A DNA stretch of 64,000 bases from Lytechinus pictus (taxonomy: Eukaryota). Both the position numbers and the translations under genes were made by a program. The notes under the pieces are model-generated. The model saw nothing but the letters and a program-made list of their open reading frames with translations. It ran no database searches and was not told where the DNA came from. Positions 26,535 to 40,244 of the stretch are shown here, in pieces. The stretch covers positions 36,148,001 through 36,212,000 of the forward strand of contig NC_087245.1 of NCBI RefSeq assembly GCF_037042905.1, given 5' to 3'. The first letter of the stretch is position 1; every line of letters begins with the position of its first letter.

Positions 26535-26965
26535 AATTGTCATCATAACTTAAAAATGTTATGGATCTAGTTCATGAAACTTGGACATAAGAGCAACCAC
26601 GTACATGTATCCCTGAATATCATATGCGAGTTTCAGGAACATGGCCAAGGTCAAAGGTCATTTAAAAGTCGATGAACTCTGGCCATGTTCGGAGTATGTG
26701 TTGAATTGGCATCATAACTTAGAGGGTTTATGGATCTAGTGCTTGAAACATCGACATACGGGTAATCAAGTATGAATGATTGTTTTGCACATGTCTTAGG
26801 TCACATGATCCTGGTCAAAGGTCGTGATGGGTCAGTGGACATATTTTATTATCACATTTAGTGTTTTCTTCTATGAATAAATATTCATTAGCTGTTTTCA
26901 AAGGCAGCACTGCTGCTATATCTAATTGCGTAATGCAGGCGATACTGCCAGAGGCGTTCCACGTC
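26535..26965 (+). mobile_element. Partial inverted copy of the 21.1-22.2 kb element family
   Basis: Shared repeat unit (GGATCTAGTTCATGAAACTTGGACATAAGAG) and terminal GCAGGCGATACTGCCAGAGGCGTTCCAC. Confidence 0.7.
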
Positions 26966-27064
26966 TTATCATTATCATTTGACATTCGTGAAGTGTGATG
27001 ATATTTAGGCGTATTCTGCATCAAGAGGTTTCTCACTTTCGTTTCTTGTTTCTTTTCCGTTTAG

Positions 27065-27196
27065 TTCTCATACGAAGGCCTACACGTTTGGCCCAACATT
27101 CCGAGCAGAGAACTCAAGGACAAGACGTCAATTGGCAGAATTCTATATGGTTGAAGGAGAGCTTGCTTTTCTAACTCGTGAAAAGATATCACTAAG
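27065..27196 (+). pseudogene. NARS2: NARS2-like exon (motif 2)
   Basis: tttccgtttag|...|gtaatt. [35 protein letters not shown]. At 132 bp it is one base short of the phase-0 junction needed by the next exon. Confidence 0.9.
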
Positions 27197-27284
27197 GTAA
27201 TTTTCTTTTTTTTTCTAAATTCTGGAGGTTTGTATCCACATCTAATTGATAATATGTTCTAATTCTCAGATTGTCTGATACAAT

Positions 27285-27533
27285 TAATGATAACAGCTGG
27301 ATTTATAAAGCACTTTTCGCCATAGGACACGAAGCACTGCTATTATTACCCCAGCTTTAGCTGCACTGCCTATTTAGGCGTTGAAGCATTTGAGGAATTT
27401 CTTCCTTCCGGGTACCCATTCACCTCACCTGGGTTGAGTGCAGCACAATGTGGGTAAATTTCTTGCTGAAGTAAAACTATCCATGGCTGGGAATCAAACT
27501 CATGTATTGAGAGACGAGAGTTCTACCCACTAG
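27285..27533 (-). mobile_element. SINE (tRNA-derived, conserved-core type)
   Basis: Reverse strand has a degenerate B-box head (GAGTTTGATTCCCAGCCATGG), an ACCCAGGTG...AATGGGTACC core and an A/T-rich tail. Confidence 0.6.
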
Positions 27534-27867
27534 TAAGGACTAAAACCCGGGTCCCGCCCGGAAGCCTCGGGTACCCGGGTAGAAAAATCTATACCCGATA
27601 CCCGAAAATTGCTTACCAGTATAACGTATAAATGTATTTAATTTGTATTGCGTAGTGTAAGACATGATTGTAACTCATCACAAAAGTACACAAGTCTCAT
27701 TTTGAATCTCACCAATTACCCTCGAAATATCCATAAATATATAAGTTTTTCAAGTGATGATGTGACTGAGATCGTTCGATCGTCGCCATGTCTCTTTAGC
27801 AGCTTGAGCATACGAAGCGCCAGCCAACCACGTTCATGTACCATTTTCAGTTCATCATAAACCGAAA

Positions 27868-28027
27868 ATAAGGTTTATCGCTAATCAGAATCGCAATGCA
27901 TTATGGGAATGAAAAGGGGGCCGCTAGCCAGCTCTGCTAGCCAGCTCTGCACGTGCGCAGAGCTCGCTAACGGCCCCCTTTTTTATCTCATGATGCATTG
28001 CGGTTCTGATTAGCGATATACCTTATG
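27868..28027. repeat. Imperfect hairpin / palindromic MITE
   Basis: ATAAGGTTTATCGCTAATCAGAATCGCAATGCAT... versus ...ATGCATTGCGGTTCTGATTAGCGATATACCTTAT. Confidence 0.7.
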
Positions 28028-28411
28028 GTAACACGATCGTGATTGACTGGCGCATTCGGCGCTCCGAAACTACCCGGAAATCAATTGACTTCTAAATAAA
28101 GGACTACGGTGTATTCTCTGTTAATATCCGTTTCCAACCTTGTGATTTGATCTGTAGTGCTTCTTTCTTTCCTGAATCCAGATTGGATAGGGGTGATGAT
28201 ATTATTTTCCTCTATATACCAATTCATTCTGTTCTTTATCAACCTTTCCATCAGTTTACATAATTGGTCGATAAGACGATGGATTAGAAGCTTCCTTTCC
28301 TTTTTTTAAGATTGGAATTTGTATAGCTTCTGACCATTGATATGGCAATAAGCTCTTAACCCATATTTCATTGAATAAATCTAGTATGACGTCAAATATC
28401 TTACCTGGAAT

Positions 28412-30239
28412 TAGGCCTGACTTGAAACGGATATTTCAATATTCGGATACCCGACACTGAAAACCGGACGGCGGACGGGTATCCGAAATTTTACCCTGAA
28501 ATATAAAAAATAATATCTATTTGCACTTATTTGAGTTATATTTAAGATTTTCAGTTATATTTGAGTTTTGAACCTATCCGATGATGGCGAGAGTCAGCAT
28601 GCACTAATTAAAATATTTCTGAAAACCACAAAATTACGAGAAGCTGAATATTTTGGGTTGAATCTGTTTTCCAATCGGATTTGACTAATGTGAGTTAGCG
28701 TGAGGCTACTCAGGCTACGGCTACAAATGTAGATCAAATGACTGTGTAAGCTATTAGTAAATGACTATTATTTGAGTTATACAAGTCGGGCCTCGTTACA
28801 ATCCCATTTAATGGTTGCGAGAGTATGTGTGTATATTTTTTAGTTCCGATCGAATGAAATAAGATGCAATGAATTTGACCGAGGCGAGTGTAAGTGCGAG
28901 TCTACTATTACTAAAAGTCTAAAACCAGACAGGGCTACATCATTCAGCTCACGCACGTGCTGTCCTGTCTAGACGTGTCTGGAGTGAATCGTTCGATATA
29001 CATGTATATTTGGTCACATTACACTCGCTACACCTTCAAATGGGATCGTACTTGGAATATTTTCATTTTCATGGCGGGTTTCTCCCCAGTCCCCAAATTA
29101 TAGCCAAGCTTCTCATTTCTCAACTTCTGAAACATAATCACACTTCTAACAAAGATTCAAGACAAGATTTAGTAACAGTAACTAATCACTTACATTCATC
29201 ACCAGTAAGTTTTACTGCAAAACACGTTGATTCACAACCGACCACATACTCGGCGGGCGCACATCATAAACCTTTCTGGCACGATACCGCCTTTTAAGTA
29301 TTGTTGTTAACGTGATGATGGATATCAAAATTTATAGTGGATATGCCATTTAAACTGAAATAAAGGAAAATGTGTGTTTTGTAATTTATATATTAAATTT
29401 TAATTCATGAAAGAGATTTTCAATTGACAATTATAATTCTTTCATAATTCTCATCATCATTCATCGCTATCTTCACCAATCTTGATAATCATTTAAAATC
29501 ATTTTCACTAGCCATCACTCATCATCGTCATTCATTTCAGTTTCAATCTCATTATCATTCATCACAAAGTCCGCCATTATCATAATCACCAGTAAATCAG
29601 TATCATAATAATTGACAGTACACATTAAAACATAGTTTCATAGTTTAAAAAATAATCATCTTCATTGGTATTAACCAAAGTTGCTGTGAGAAAAAGTAGA
29701 ATTCATTTTGCATTTGATGAATAAATTACAAGAAACAACATGACACACCCGAGTAACCCGATCAACATTTATTTGACGCTTAAATGGTTTCAAATTATCT
29801 TCATTCTTCACTCGCATTGAAAGTCGAGGTAAGAAAATATACGATGAGTTACGCATTTGAAATCATCAAAACATAAGACGGGAAAGAAAAACGATCTTAA
29901 GCGACACCATAGTAAAATCGCCATTGTTGTCAGAATGGAACTTTACTCCATTCACGGACGGTCATGATCCAAAACTGATATAAGGTCATGTTTCAAAACT
30001 GATATAAAAACGATGCTTTTCGGCGGGAATATATTACCGAAGAAGATTAATTGATATTGGTGATTATATTGGCAACTAAAACTTATAAATTTTGTTGGTG
30101 AGTCTTACTAAATTTAATGAGTTTTTGTGACAGGAAAGTGGTGAATCAGTGTCCACGGATACCCGAACCCGAAAAATGAAAACCGTTATCCATCCACGCG
30201 GGCGGAAACCGTTCGGATATCCGTTTGGTGGCAGCACTA
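28412..30239. mobile_element. Non-autonomous hAT-like element inserted in LINE ORF2
   Basis: Perfect 8-bp TSD CCTGGAAT (28404-28411 / 30240-30247), TAG...CTA termini and subterminal CGGATA(T/C)C repeats. Confidence 0.88.
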
Positions 30240-31107
30240 CCTGGAATGTTCCATATCATTTTGGCTTGAACATCATCCTTACCTGGGGCAGTGTCCTTGA
30301 TTTCATTAATAGCACCTTGTATTTCACTCATGTTAAAAATATCATTTAGCACATGATCTTTGGTTGTACTTGCCTTTCCAATGTTGTTCTTGATTATATC
30401 TTCTCTCTCTTTCCTCCTGTTGGCTTCTAATTTGTCAAGGTTTGGGTCTATATGATTAAAACATTGAAGAAAAATAGATGCCTTTTCTTCCGCCGACTTT
30501 GCTATAGTTTTCCCATTGTCCAAGATCAAATCCGGTATTTTTGATTTACAACCTTTTATACCTTTTACTTTTTTCCAAACGGAGCTAATACTTACCATTC
30601 TGTTAAGTTTGGCACAGTAGTTTTTCCAATACTCTCTTTTTTTGCTTTTCTAAAAACTGTTTGTGCCTCCCTTTTTTTAATCAAATATTTCTCGAAATCT
30701 TCATAAAGGAATGTTTTACACATGAACCTGTTCTTAGCTTTATTTCTCTCCTTTGCGGCTCTGGAACATTCTTTGTTCCACCAAGGTACAGGCGATTTAT
30801 CAATATGTTTTTTTACAGTCTTTTCTCTTTGTTTATCAAAAGAGGCAAGCATTGTGTCTACAAGTATATCGTATTTACCTTGTATATATCTAAATCCAAG
30901 TATTTGTCTTTTATATCCTCGAATCTGGATTCCATTTAAATCTTGTACAATTTCCAATTTATTTGTGCTTGTCTTCTACTCTTGGAAACACTGTACATAT
31001 GTTTGTCTTGTTTCCAATATATCATGAATACTTTTATTAATACTAAACTTAATGACAAAATGGTCACTTCCAAAGTTATGTTCAGAGACCGCCCAATGGG
31101 TATAAAC

Positions 31108-33772
31108 CACTGAACTGGAAATATGTGGAATACGTGTCCCTATTCCCAACGTACACAAAGCCGTGCGGCAACCAAGAGCATCGGGCTTCACGCTCGACTG
31201 AGCGCGCCGCCATTTTGCTAGGTCAATACTGGCTGGTCGACAAACGCTGCGTGTAGGCAGATGGGAGAAAGGAACGTGCTGTTTAAAGTTTTAGTTTGCT
31301 TTGTTACATCATGAACTATATGTTATTGAATACTTTCATAACTGAAAATGTTGATTTAGTCACACTTTTGTATTAAAGGGGAGTAAACATACAGACACAA
31401 AATCATGAAAAAAATCGACCTTCCACGCGCACACTGTGAAAAAGAAAGGCCCCACAACAAATATGCTTTCTGAGTAGGCCTACAATTTGTCTGAACAATA
31501 AAGGCCTACTAGCTGGTTGCATTAAAAAAAATATTTTAACGATTAGAAATCATGTCCCTTTTCTCTAGCTTTTTTTTTTAACCTCCCTTCTCATTCAACT
31601 ATTCCTCTCATCTCATTTTCTCTGATCTTCCTCTTTTGTCCATCTCTCTTATCCTCCCTTTTCTCCATCCCCTTCTATTTCTTCCATTTCTACTTTCATG
31701 CCCCTCTCTCTCTTATTTCTCCCCTTTATCATCTCGATCTCCCTCTTTATTATTTTTCCTTTCTCTTTCATTTCTTCTTTCTCTCTGATTTTCCTCTTCT
31801 TTCTCATCTCTCTCTCTTACCTTCCCTTTCTCTCTATCCCCCTTATATCTCTCTTTTATTTCCTCTTATATCCCATCTCCCTTATATCGAGCCCTCTTTT
31901 ATCTCCCTCTCGTCTCGCCTTTCTCTCCTCACCTCTTTCTCATCCCTTGTCATTTCCCCCTTTCTCTCTCTCTCTTTCTCTTTGATCTTCCTCTTCTTTC
32001 CATCTCTTCTTGTTGATCGTCTGTTTCTTTTTTTCTCTCTCCATCTTTATCATTTTGCCTTTCTCATTTCAACTTTCTCTATATAAATTTTGAGTAAATA
32101 TTCCCTTCCCTCCCTCTCATACTGTTCAATCACACATTCAGGGTGAAAAATTGAATAGAAGTTTGAGGACAAGAAGGTTGTTACTTTTAAATGAAGCCTT
32201 CAAAGTTGGACCTTCTTGTGCTCAGCCATGAAATATCTACTAAGTACAGTGTATATAAAAATGGGCACAATAGAATTTAATTGAATTCTTATGAAATTTA
32301 ATTTGGAAGAGCATGGATGTTGCACGACATATATGCTTACATATATACATCAATACACCTTTACATAAAGGAATGGGTGATGGATAAACAAAACCAAGTC
32401 AACTCTAACAAGTTTACTAATACAAATTAGAGCACTAATCAGAAAAGCATAGCAATGGTAATTCCATTTAAAAAGTTGTGGCACTTTAAATTTCGCTCAT
32501 TTTCACATACCAGTTATATGCATATCCTGGTCAGTATGAAATATTCCACATGTCAAAAATTGCACAACAAGACCACTACCTCTTGTCAAATATTTTAACC
32601 CCTTTTTTTAAACTACATGAATTACCAGGTCCCATTACATTGTGCATATAGAAATATGTTTGTACATGATTGGCTTAATGACATTAAAATACACTTTGCC
32701 AAACTAAGTACATCAGTATTAATTTTATATTTATAGAGAAAACATATTGCATCTTGCACATACTTTCAATTGCCATAATGAAAAAAAGGAAGCTGAAGTA
32801 GCAAGAACATTCCTGAGTTAATTAATTGCACCCATACACACACATTGGATTGGTAATGGCTAAGAATTATTTTTTTTAAAGCAAGCAAGCAGTGACAACA
32901 AATCAATGAATACAAAAGTAATTGCACAATTCTGAGTTAAATCTATAAAATAATTGCACGTACTGGCACAAGTATAAACCACAGATGGACTGTGCAGATT
33001 TCCTGTATAATTGCATTCAATTTATCAAGTACCTTTACAGTGGAAAAGGTCCACCAATAATTGCACACTCTTGGCAAGGGAGAACTCACTGAATTAAGAG
33101 AAATTATAAACAAAATCTGCACAGTCCATTGTTTAAGTGCCTTCATGCCTTAGTCATTTCAAAAGTTTAGGACACAGTTTATGTACATTAAGTGATGGTT
33201 TGACAGAGGCCAAGAAATATCCTTTGTCAAGAAGTATTACCAAAAAAAAACCGATGATATGGCAAGGTAGTGCGTACACTGTAATATACAGTATATGAAC
33301 ACATTTCCAGTTAGGGCAAAGGGCAATTCATGAGTGTTCATTACTTTAAAAATGTAGACACCAACCAATTAAAATAGTGGCTTTTACAAAATATTATTGG
33401 ATGATTGTAAATAAAATGCACTTGTAAGTGTAACAGACCTGACATGACATGTCATGGGAATGTCACATCCATTTTGTCTACAATTGTTCACTACAATTTT
33501 GTAAAATTCATGATGGATATTTAAATAGTCAAATAATCTCAGCAAGAACTATTTGAAAATTGTAAAATTCCAGAGTGTGATATGCTTTGAAATTAATGTC
33601 ATGTCAGTTATGCAAGAATTACCATACATCATACATTTAGTTCATTACTTTCTTCTACGGCGCGTTCTCGAACAATTGACCTAGCAAAATGGCGGCGGTC
33701 ACGCGACATATCGAGTTCGCCGGCAATGTTTTGCTTGGGTGAACATGTCTTCCACGGATTTCCAGTTCAGTG
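31108..33772. mobile_element. 2.7-kb non-autonomous DNA transposon (hAT- or P-type, 8-bp TSD) in the LINE endonuclease
   Basis: TIR CACTGAACTGGAAAT / ATTTCCAGTTCAGTG, perfect TSD GTATAAAC (31100-31107 / 33773-33780). Internal CT-rich tract at 31580-32120. Confidence 0.9.
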
Positions 33773-35787
33773 GTATAAACACTCATTTCTTTGGATATAA
33801 AAGTCAGGTCCAAAGAGGATTTTCCCCCACTGCGCGGGTCAATCCTAGTTGGAGTACCATCATTAAGTAAAACAAGATCATATTTATTCATAAAGTCTTC
33901 AACCGTCTTCCTGTTAACGTCCAAGGTGGCGCACGCCCAAAGTGGATTATGAGAGTTGAAATCACCACACACTATTACCTCACCTGTTCTTTACAATTTT
34001 TTATTATTTCTTCAAGCAAAGTGTGACTTATTTTGTACAAGGATTGTAAAAATTTACGAGTGAAAATATATTATTTTGTAAATAGATATCTACAATAATG
34101 TATTCACTATCCTCGGGAGTATTTATAACCTGAAATTATATAGATTCGTACAGGTATATTGCAAGTGCTCCACGTTTGTCATGTCTATTTTTGTTTACTA
34201 AATGATAAGGAAAACTTGTCATATTATATTCATAGTACCATGTTTCCTGAATGCAAATTATTCCCGGTTTCTCTTGAGTAGAGATATTTACTATACTTTC
34301 ATATAAATTAAAGCCATGAGCATTCATGGATTGTGCGTTCCATTGAAGTATATTAACCATAAATAATGCGATGATGGTCACTGCAGTGGATGAAAGAAAT
34401 CATAGATATGGGAGGGAGGATTGTGAAAGGGTAGGAAAGCTGAAGAATGAGAAAAGGATTGGAAAGCTGAAAATGATAGCAAAATGAGAGGGTGTAAGAG
34501 TTCCATCTGTCATGGCCATCATTCATTAGAAGTTGCTAGTCTTTCATGGATCATTTGGGGAAGTATATTTGTAATTCCCAGGCAAGATTTGGCAGCTTCT
34601 ACAACAAGGCATATTCTATTGGAGTGGGTATGTTCGTGTTCCAAAAATTACAAACACAATAAAAGCTAAGAAGTCTATACTTCTCATTGTGATGTTTGCT
34701 TTCGGGCTCTTACTCTGGGTGTGGTTATTCCTATATTCCTCCTCGGACTGCACTGGCGAGGCCGTGGAATATACCTCGTCCCTAGGTGCCACTGGTGTAC
34801 TAGATTGCTCTTTGCCAAAAATAAAAGGAGAAGCATTCCCCTTTTTTGGTTTATGGCTTGTCCTTTGGGGTTTTGGTTTGTCCGTGCTACGTGTACGTTG
34901 GGAGAGAAAACTGTGTTCCTCTTTTTGCGAGTGTACTCGATCTAACGCTTGCGCGGGAATAGACTCTGCTTTGATGTGGAATTTCTTTGTAGCTTCTGCG
35001 TAGGAGTTTTTTTCATTTTGTTTGATTGTGTAAATTTTAACGGCCTCTTTGTATGAGGTACATCCAAGATATGCTGCAGAGTGGTTTTGTTTGCATCTAC
35101 AACACTTACGGGTCTCTTTGTTTGGACAGTCGTTGTAACTATGATCCTCTCCACATCGCACACAACGTACTTTGTTTTTGCAACTATCTGCCACGTGTCC
35201 AAACATTTGGCATTTGAAACATCTAGGTGGCGGAGGAACATGGTCAAATACTTCATAGCGTACATATGCGAAGTGAATTTCTTTTGGCACTTCTCTTCTC
35301 TCAAAAGTCAAAAGAACCAATGGGGTGTTTTTTAACTCCCCGTCGATTCTTTTCCAAAATCTTTTGACTCCTATGACCTTGTCCTTCCTCGATACCTCTA
35401 TAATTCTTCATCTTCAACCTCAGTACTTACCTGTATAACTCCTTTTCTTATCTGGGTCATACCAATCTGCTTTGATACTTATGATAGCTATTCCTGCAAA
35501 CTCTGTCATTGACTTCAACTTTTCTGCTTGTTGTTGGTTTTTACACATTATCTTTAAGTTATTTTTTCCCCTTTCTATCTTTTGCACTTGCCCCACGTTT
35601 TCGTTTAGAAATTTTGCCCTTTTGATCGGATTGATTTTGACTACATTCGATTGTATTCCTTCTCAAGTGAACCAGTCAGCCCTTGTTGCTTGACAGGCGA
35701 GTTATTAATTGTACTGATCCTTGCTCTTTTAGACTTTCTTTGAGTACTTCTAACCTTCTTTGGAATAGTATGCCACTCTCCTTCTGT

Positions 35788-36198
35788 TGTCTTGTCTTGT
35801 CTTGTCTTGGGTTAAGTCGGCATATGCAGACTTGCTGTACTCCGCCAACTTTATTGATGTGTGTGAAATCACCAAGTAAGCAGGTCACTTGCTAGGTTTT
35901 TGATTGAGTTTGGATTTGAAAGAGTCTAATGAGTTTATCAATGTTGTGTCCATGTTTAACTCGTTCCAATCTTTGGTAGTTCGAGGGAAGAAGCTGTATC
36001 TATGAGCATCCCTTTTGACTAGTAGACGCTGGAGCTTGATACTATTTCCTCTAGTCTGCCGGGTGTTTTGCTGGATGAAGTTTTTGGGGTTGATGGCAAC
36101 AAGACCTTTGATTATTTGGAACATTAGGCTCAGTTCCAAATAATCAAAGGTCTTGTTGCCATCAACCCCAAAAACTTCATCCAGCAAAACACCCGGCA
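35788..36198 (-). mobile_element. 5'-truncated LINE 3' end (CR1/L2/RTE-like) with (CAAGA)n tail and 5' inversion
   Basis: ORF2 C-terminus TRG...RYSFFPRTTKDWNEL...SLDSFKSKL, tail (TCTTG)n on + at 35789-35809, and a 66-bp inverted duplication at the 5' end. Confidence 0.8.
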
Positions 36199-37145
36199 AG
36201 ATATCCTTAGCTTCGGTGATAGTTTGATCACGAAATACATTGTCAGCCACCATAGGCGATGCCGCGATGGTGGGTGAATTCTATCTTGCGATTGGTAATA
36301 AATTGCGCTAGCGTAATCTTCATACGCCTCCTCTGGCGAGGAGGCAGAAGTAGCCATTTCAATAATCACAGACACATTTGTTATCCTTCTTTGTTATGTT
36401 TGTTAATGTTATAAAGTTAGGTGCTAATGGGTGAATAAATGGAAACGCCAAGTCGGTTAAATCTTACCTTATAATGTGCAAACAAATATAACAAACAATA
36501 TACTTTGGAGCCAACAGTCTGTGTTAGACTTTGAGTAAAACTCGGTGAAACTTACAAGTTTAAGGCTGTCAGGACTTGTCCGTTTGTTGTCCTGGCGTCC
36601 ACGTGGTTTGGATAGGCCTTTCGAAATTCCCGCCACTTTCTACCATGTTAGCTTCGGCGTGTTTACTCTCGTACGCCCGGTCTTCTTTTCTAAAAACTGC
36701 TAAAATCCCTTTGTCATTGAATTGCTACGCATGCTCTTCTAGACGTTCATGCGTTCTCAATTCACTCCAAACGTCCCAATTGAACAGTGCACCACTGATT
36801 GTGTTTGTGTTTGTGTTCTGTGTTTTGTAATTGAGTTTTCAATCGTGATTCATGCTGCTGCTTATATTTGAGAATCGACATTTAACACACCCTTTAAATA
36901 GATCCGTCTTGTTTCTTGAGCCAGTGGGTGTTTTTTTTTTCTTCTCACCCATCCAAACCATCAAAGTCTGCCTTTCCTAGGGTGTTTGATCCTCACATTT
37001 TACAATGTATATATCTACTCATATGATTTTTTTACCTGATAAATAATTTGAATTGAAAAAAATGTACTTATTCTCGTAAGCTGTTTTACTCTCAATAGGC
37101 CCCATTGCTTCATTATCTTATGAACATCACTCCTTGTTGTTGCAG

Positions 37146-37250
37146 GTCATGGAAGACTTTGTGAAATCAGTTGCCAATACCGTCTACACAAAGAGCTCAG
37201 AGGATGTCCAATTTATTGGGGACAGAATCAACGAAGGAACCAAACATGCG
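37146..37250 (+). pseudogene. NARS2: NARS2-like exon
   Basis: ttgttgttgcag|...|gtgagt. VMEDFVKSVANTVYTKSSEDVQFIGDRINEGTKHA. Confidence 0.8.
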
Positions 37251-37841
37251 GTGAGTGGATTTTGGTTCAGTGAAAGACAGTGTTTTCACTTTGAAGGAAA
37301 TTGACAGAATTCCAGGAAATGTGGATCATTTTCAGGTGATTTTGGGGAAATGAAAAATTCCAGGAAATTTCCTGGAAATCAGAAAATTACAATTAAACAT
37401 AGCAACTTTCAATATTCATGTTATATTTTAAAGAATTATTTGCTTCATACGTAGCCCGCAGGCCACTCGCATTTTGTAATTTTGTTGCTATTTTTAAAAA
37501 GTGCATTCAACAGAAAGCGTTGATTTTGATTTTGGTCACTTGGACCAAATTTAGGCTTGCTTAGTTAATGTCCGATTTTCGTTGAAAATAAATTTTGAAA
37601 ATTCCAGGAAATGTCTATGAATTTCAGGAAATTTGTTAGTCAGTTTCGGTAAAATTTGTTTTGGATCTGTGGAAACACTGGTGAAAGATGTCATTTCAAT
37701 CGCAATGTACAGGGACTATCTAGGGTCCTGTTTTGTAAGGACTTGTTTTAATAACAAGTGCAAAATTTCTATAACAAAGTTGCCATCGGCCAATCAGATT
37801 GAAGGGTTTCTGTAGCTTTGAACTGTTATTGTAAAATTGAT

Positions 37842-39325
37842 ATTCAATTCAATTTATTTTTCTCGGTATAAAAACAACAATACAAATAGTATAAACATGA
37901 AATAAATCGGACATAGACATAAATAAAGTATTATATTGAAAGGGTAGCAGCCAAAAAGAAATTAACCTTATGTATGGCCGACCCAAATAAGATAACATAT
38001 CATTTTAACAATTAAAGTAGAAAAAGGGAAACTATTACCTAACTAACCCAAACAAACAATCAAATTAATAATTAAGTAAAAAATGAATAAGTAGTGATGA
38101 TCTGGTATTTACAATTCCTGCTAAAAACGTTAAGAGAGCAACTATCCTTAAGTTCCTTTGATAATGTATTCCAGATTAATGGTCCCCTATAAAAAATTGA
38201 ATTTTTAAATAATTTTGTTCTTAGTTTAGGTCTATGAAAATCATTATTGCCCCTGGTTGTATAATTATGTATATTACGATTTAAAACAAAATAATTACAT
38301 ATTGATTAAGGCAAAAGATATTTATAACACTTATACATAGAAATTGCAGTTTCATAATCACAAATGTCTTGAAATTTTAAAATCCTCTGAGACTTAAAAA
38401 TTGTTCTGTATGAGCATAAAAAGATGAATGGTTAACAATTCTTATTGCACGTTTTTTGAAGTTCAAAACTTCTATCCAGGTGTGAATAAGAAGCACTGCC
38501 CCAGGCAAGAATACCGTAACTTAAAAAGGTGCAGCAAGTGCATAATAAATAATTCGTTAAAAAGTAATTGGAAAATTGCGTAATCTGTACAAAATGCCTA
38601 TGATTTTGTAAATTGTATTACAAATCAAATCAATATGAGGAACCCATAGCAATTTACTATCAATTATAATACCAAGAAATTTGACTTGCGATGCCTTTGC
38701 TACACTAAAATTTGCCAACTGCACCTGCAGATTGTCAATGCATATTTTTTTATTTGTAAAAATCATATACTGTTTTTGAGAAATATTTACAGATAATTCA
38801 TTAATGGTCAACCAAGAAGTTAACTTTTTTAATTCATTATTGCACTTGCAGAACATCAATATTATCATGTGACATAAAAATATTTGTATCATCGGCAAAT
38901 AAAATATATTTCAATTTCGAAGATACATTGCACAGATCATTTAAATACAAAGTAAATAAAAGGGACCCGAGGATAGAACCTTGGGGCACTCCACACCTTA
39001 AGTCCTTTTAATTAGATTGTTGACTATTTAAAGTTACAAATTGTTGTCTATGACTTAAATAATTGTTTAAAAGATCCCAAATTTTTCCCCTTATTCCATA
39101 TTTGAATAATTTTTTCATGAGTATTCTATGGTCAAGTGTGTCAAACGCTTTCTGTAAATCTGAAAATAAGCCAATTGATACACCTTTCATTTCGATAACA
39201 CTAGTAATACTTTGAATAAAATCAAGTAATGCTGAAGATGTGGAATACCCCACCTGAAATCCATGTTGGTTCGGACTAATAATAATGCACTCATTGATAA
39301 AATTCAGTAATCTAACATATAAAAT
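37842..39325 (-). mobile_element. 5'-truncated CR1/L2-group LINE, RT region
   Basis: DLQKAFDTLDH, GVPQGSILGP, YILFADDT, KFLGIIIDSKL. Frameshifted. TTGAA-repeat tail. Confidence 0.9.
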
Positions 39326-40244
39326 AGTTGTATTATTTTAAGCATCGCGATTGGCCAATACGTGTCACATGACATCCAACTTTTTTGTGCACTGCACAGC
39401 AGTGCAAAAGGTGCGCAACAAAAATTGACATTGCACGCTCAAGCAGACTAGTCCGGTAGAAGTCCCGAGAGAAGTCCAACAAAACTGTACTAGCTGTAAC
39501 TTTTAAAGAATTTGTTTCTGTGTTGCTATTTTATAAAACATGTAATGCACTTGCTCTGTCATGCATAAAAGTAAATGCAGAGAAAGCTCGGTTTCTTCAG
39601 ATGGTGCACACTGGGCACTCGCCATCAGTGGCTCGTGCACAGTGCGGCACCTATCTAAAGAAACCTTGCGTGCTCTGCATTTCCACTAACGCACTCGGCT
39701 GCATGCATTATTTGTATAATATAGTTTAATGAAACAGACTGCAGTTCTGGTAGGCAATATATAGCAATATTAAGATACATGTATGAGATTATCTGGAATT
39801 CCTTTCTAATTTTTGAGATCAATATCTATGTATTTATAATTAACCCTACATAGCTGGGGAGGGGGCAATTTAGCCTGTCCCCATCACAAGAAATCTGTAA
39901 CATGCAAAGCTTGCCCCACAATATCTAATGACTTGTCTTTTGAAATCCTGTTTTTAGTGGGGCATCGGAAATTTACGAAGAATTACATGATGACTGGAAT
40001 ATTGGAGGCCAATTCTCTCATTTTTATGCCCTCGAAGATGAAGTTCGGAGGGGGCATTAAGCGTTGCCCATGTCCGTAATGTGCATATTGTTTAAAGATT
40101 TGGTCACCCTAATTGCTATAATTTGACTTTTAGGATGGTATGTAATTATCTCAATGCTACTTGGACACCATGCCCATGTCACAGCAGGTTTTGCTCAATA
40201 AGTTCATAAAAATGAGTCTGAAAGTCTCAAAATTTCCAGTAAAT

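Larger units (their letters stand above)
28085..36840 (-). mobile_element. Decayed I/Nimb-group LINE (ORF1 zinc knuckles, APE endonuclease, start of RT), 3'-truncated, with three nested inserts
   Basis: ORF1: RCFKCQMFGHVADSC...RCVRCGEDH...CCRCKQNH (34616-35320). ORF2: ILQWNAQS, ICIQETW, GDFNSHNPLW, LNDGTPT, SSLDLT, GSDHF, VPWWNKEC, TAPGKD, then PILKKGK...YRPI at 28.3 kb. Multiple frameshifts. The 5' boundary is approximate. Confidence 0.88.

Noticed and set aside
31698..31985. Hydrophobic Leu/Ser/Phe-rich ORF resembling a membrane protein
   Set aside because: Translation of a CT-rich low-complexity tract inside a transposon.
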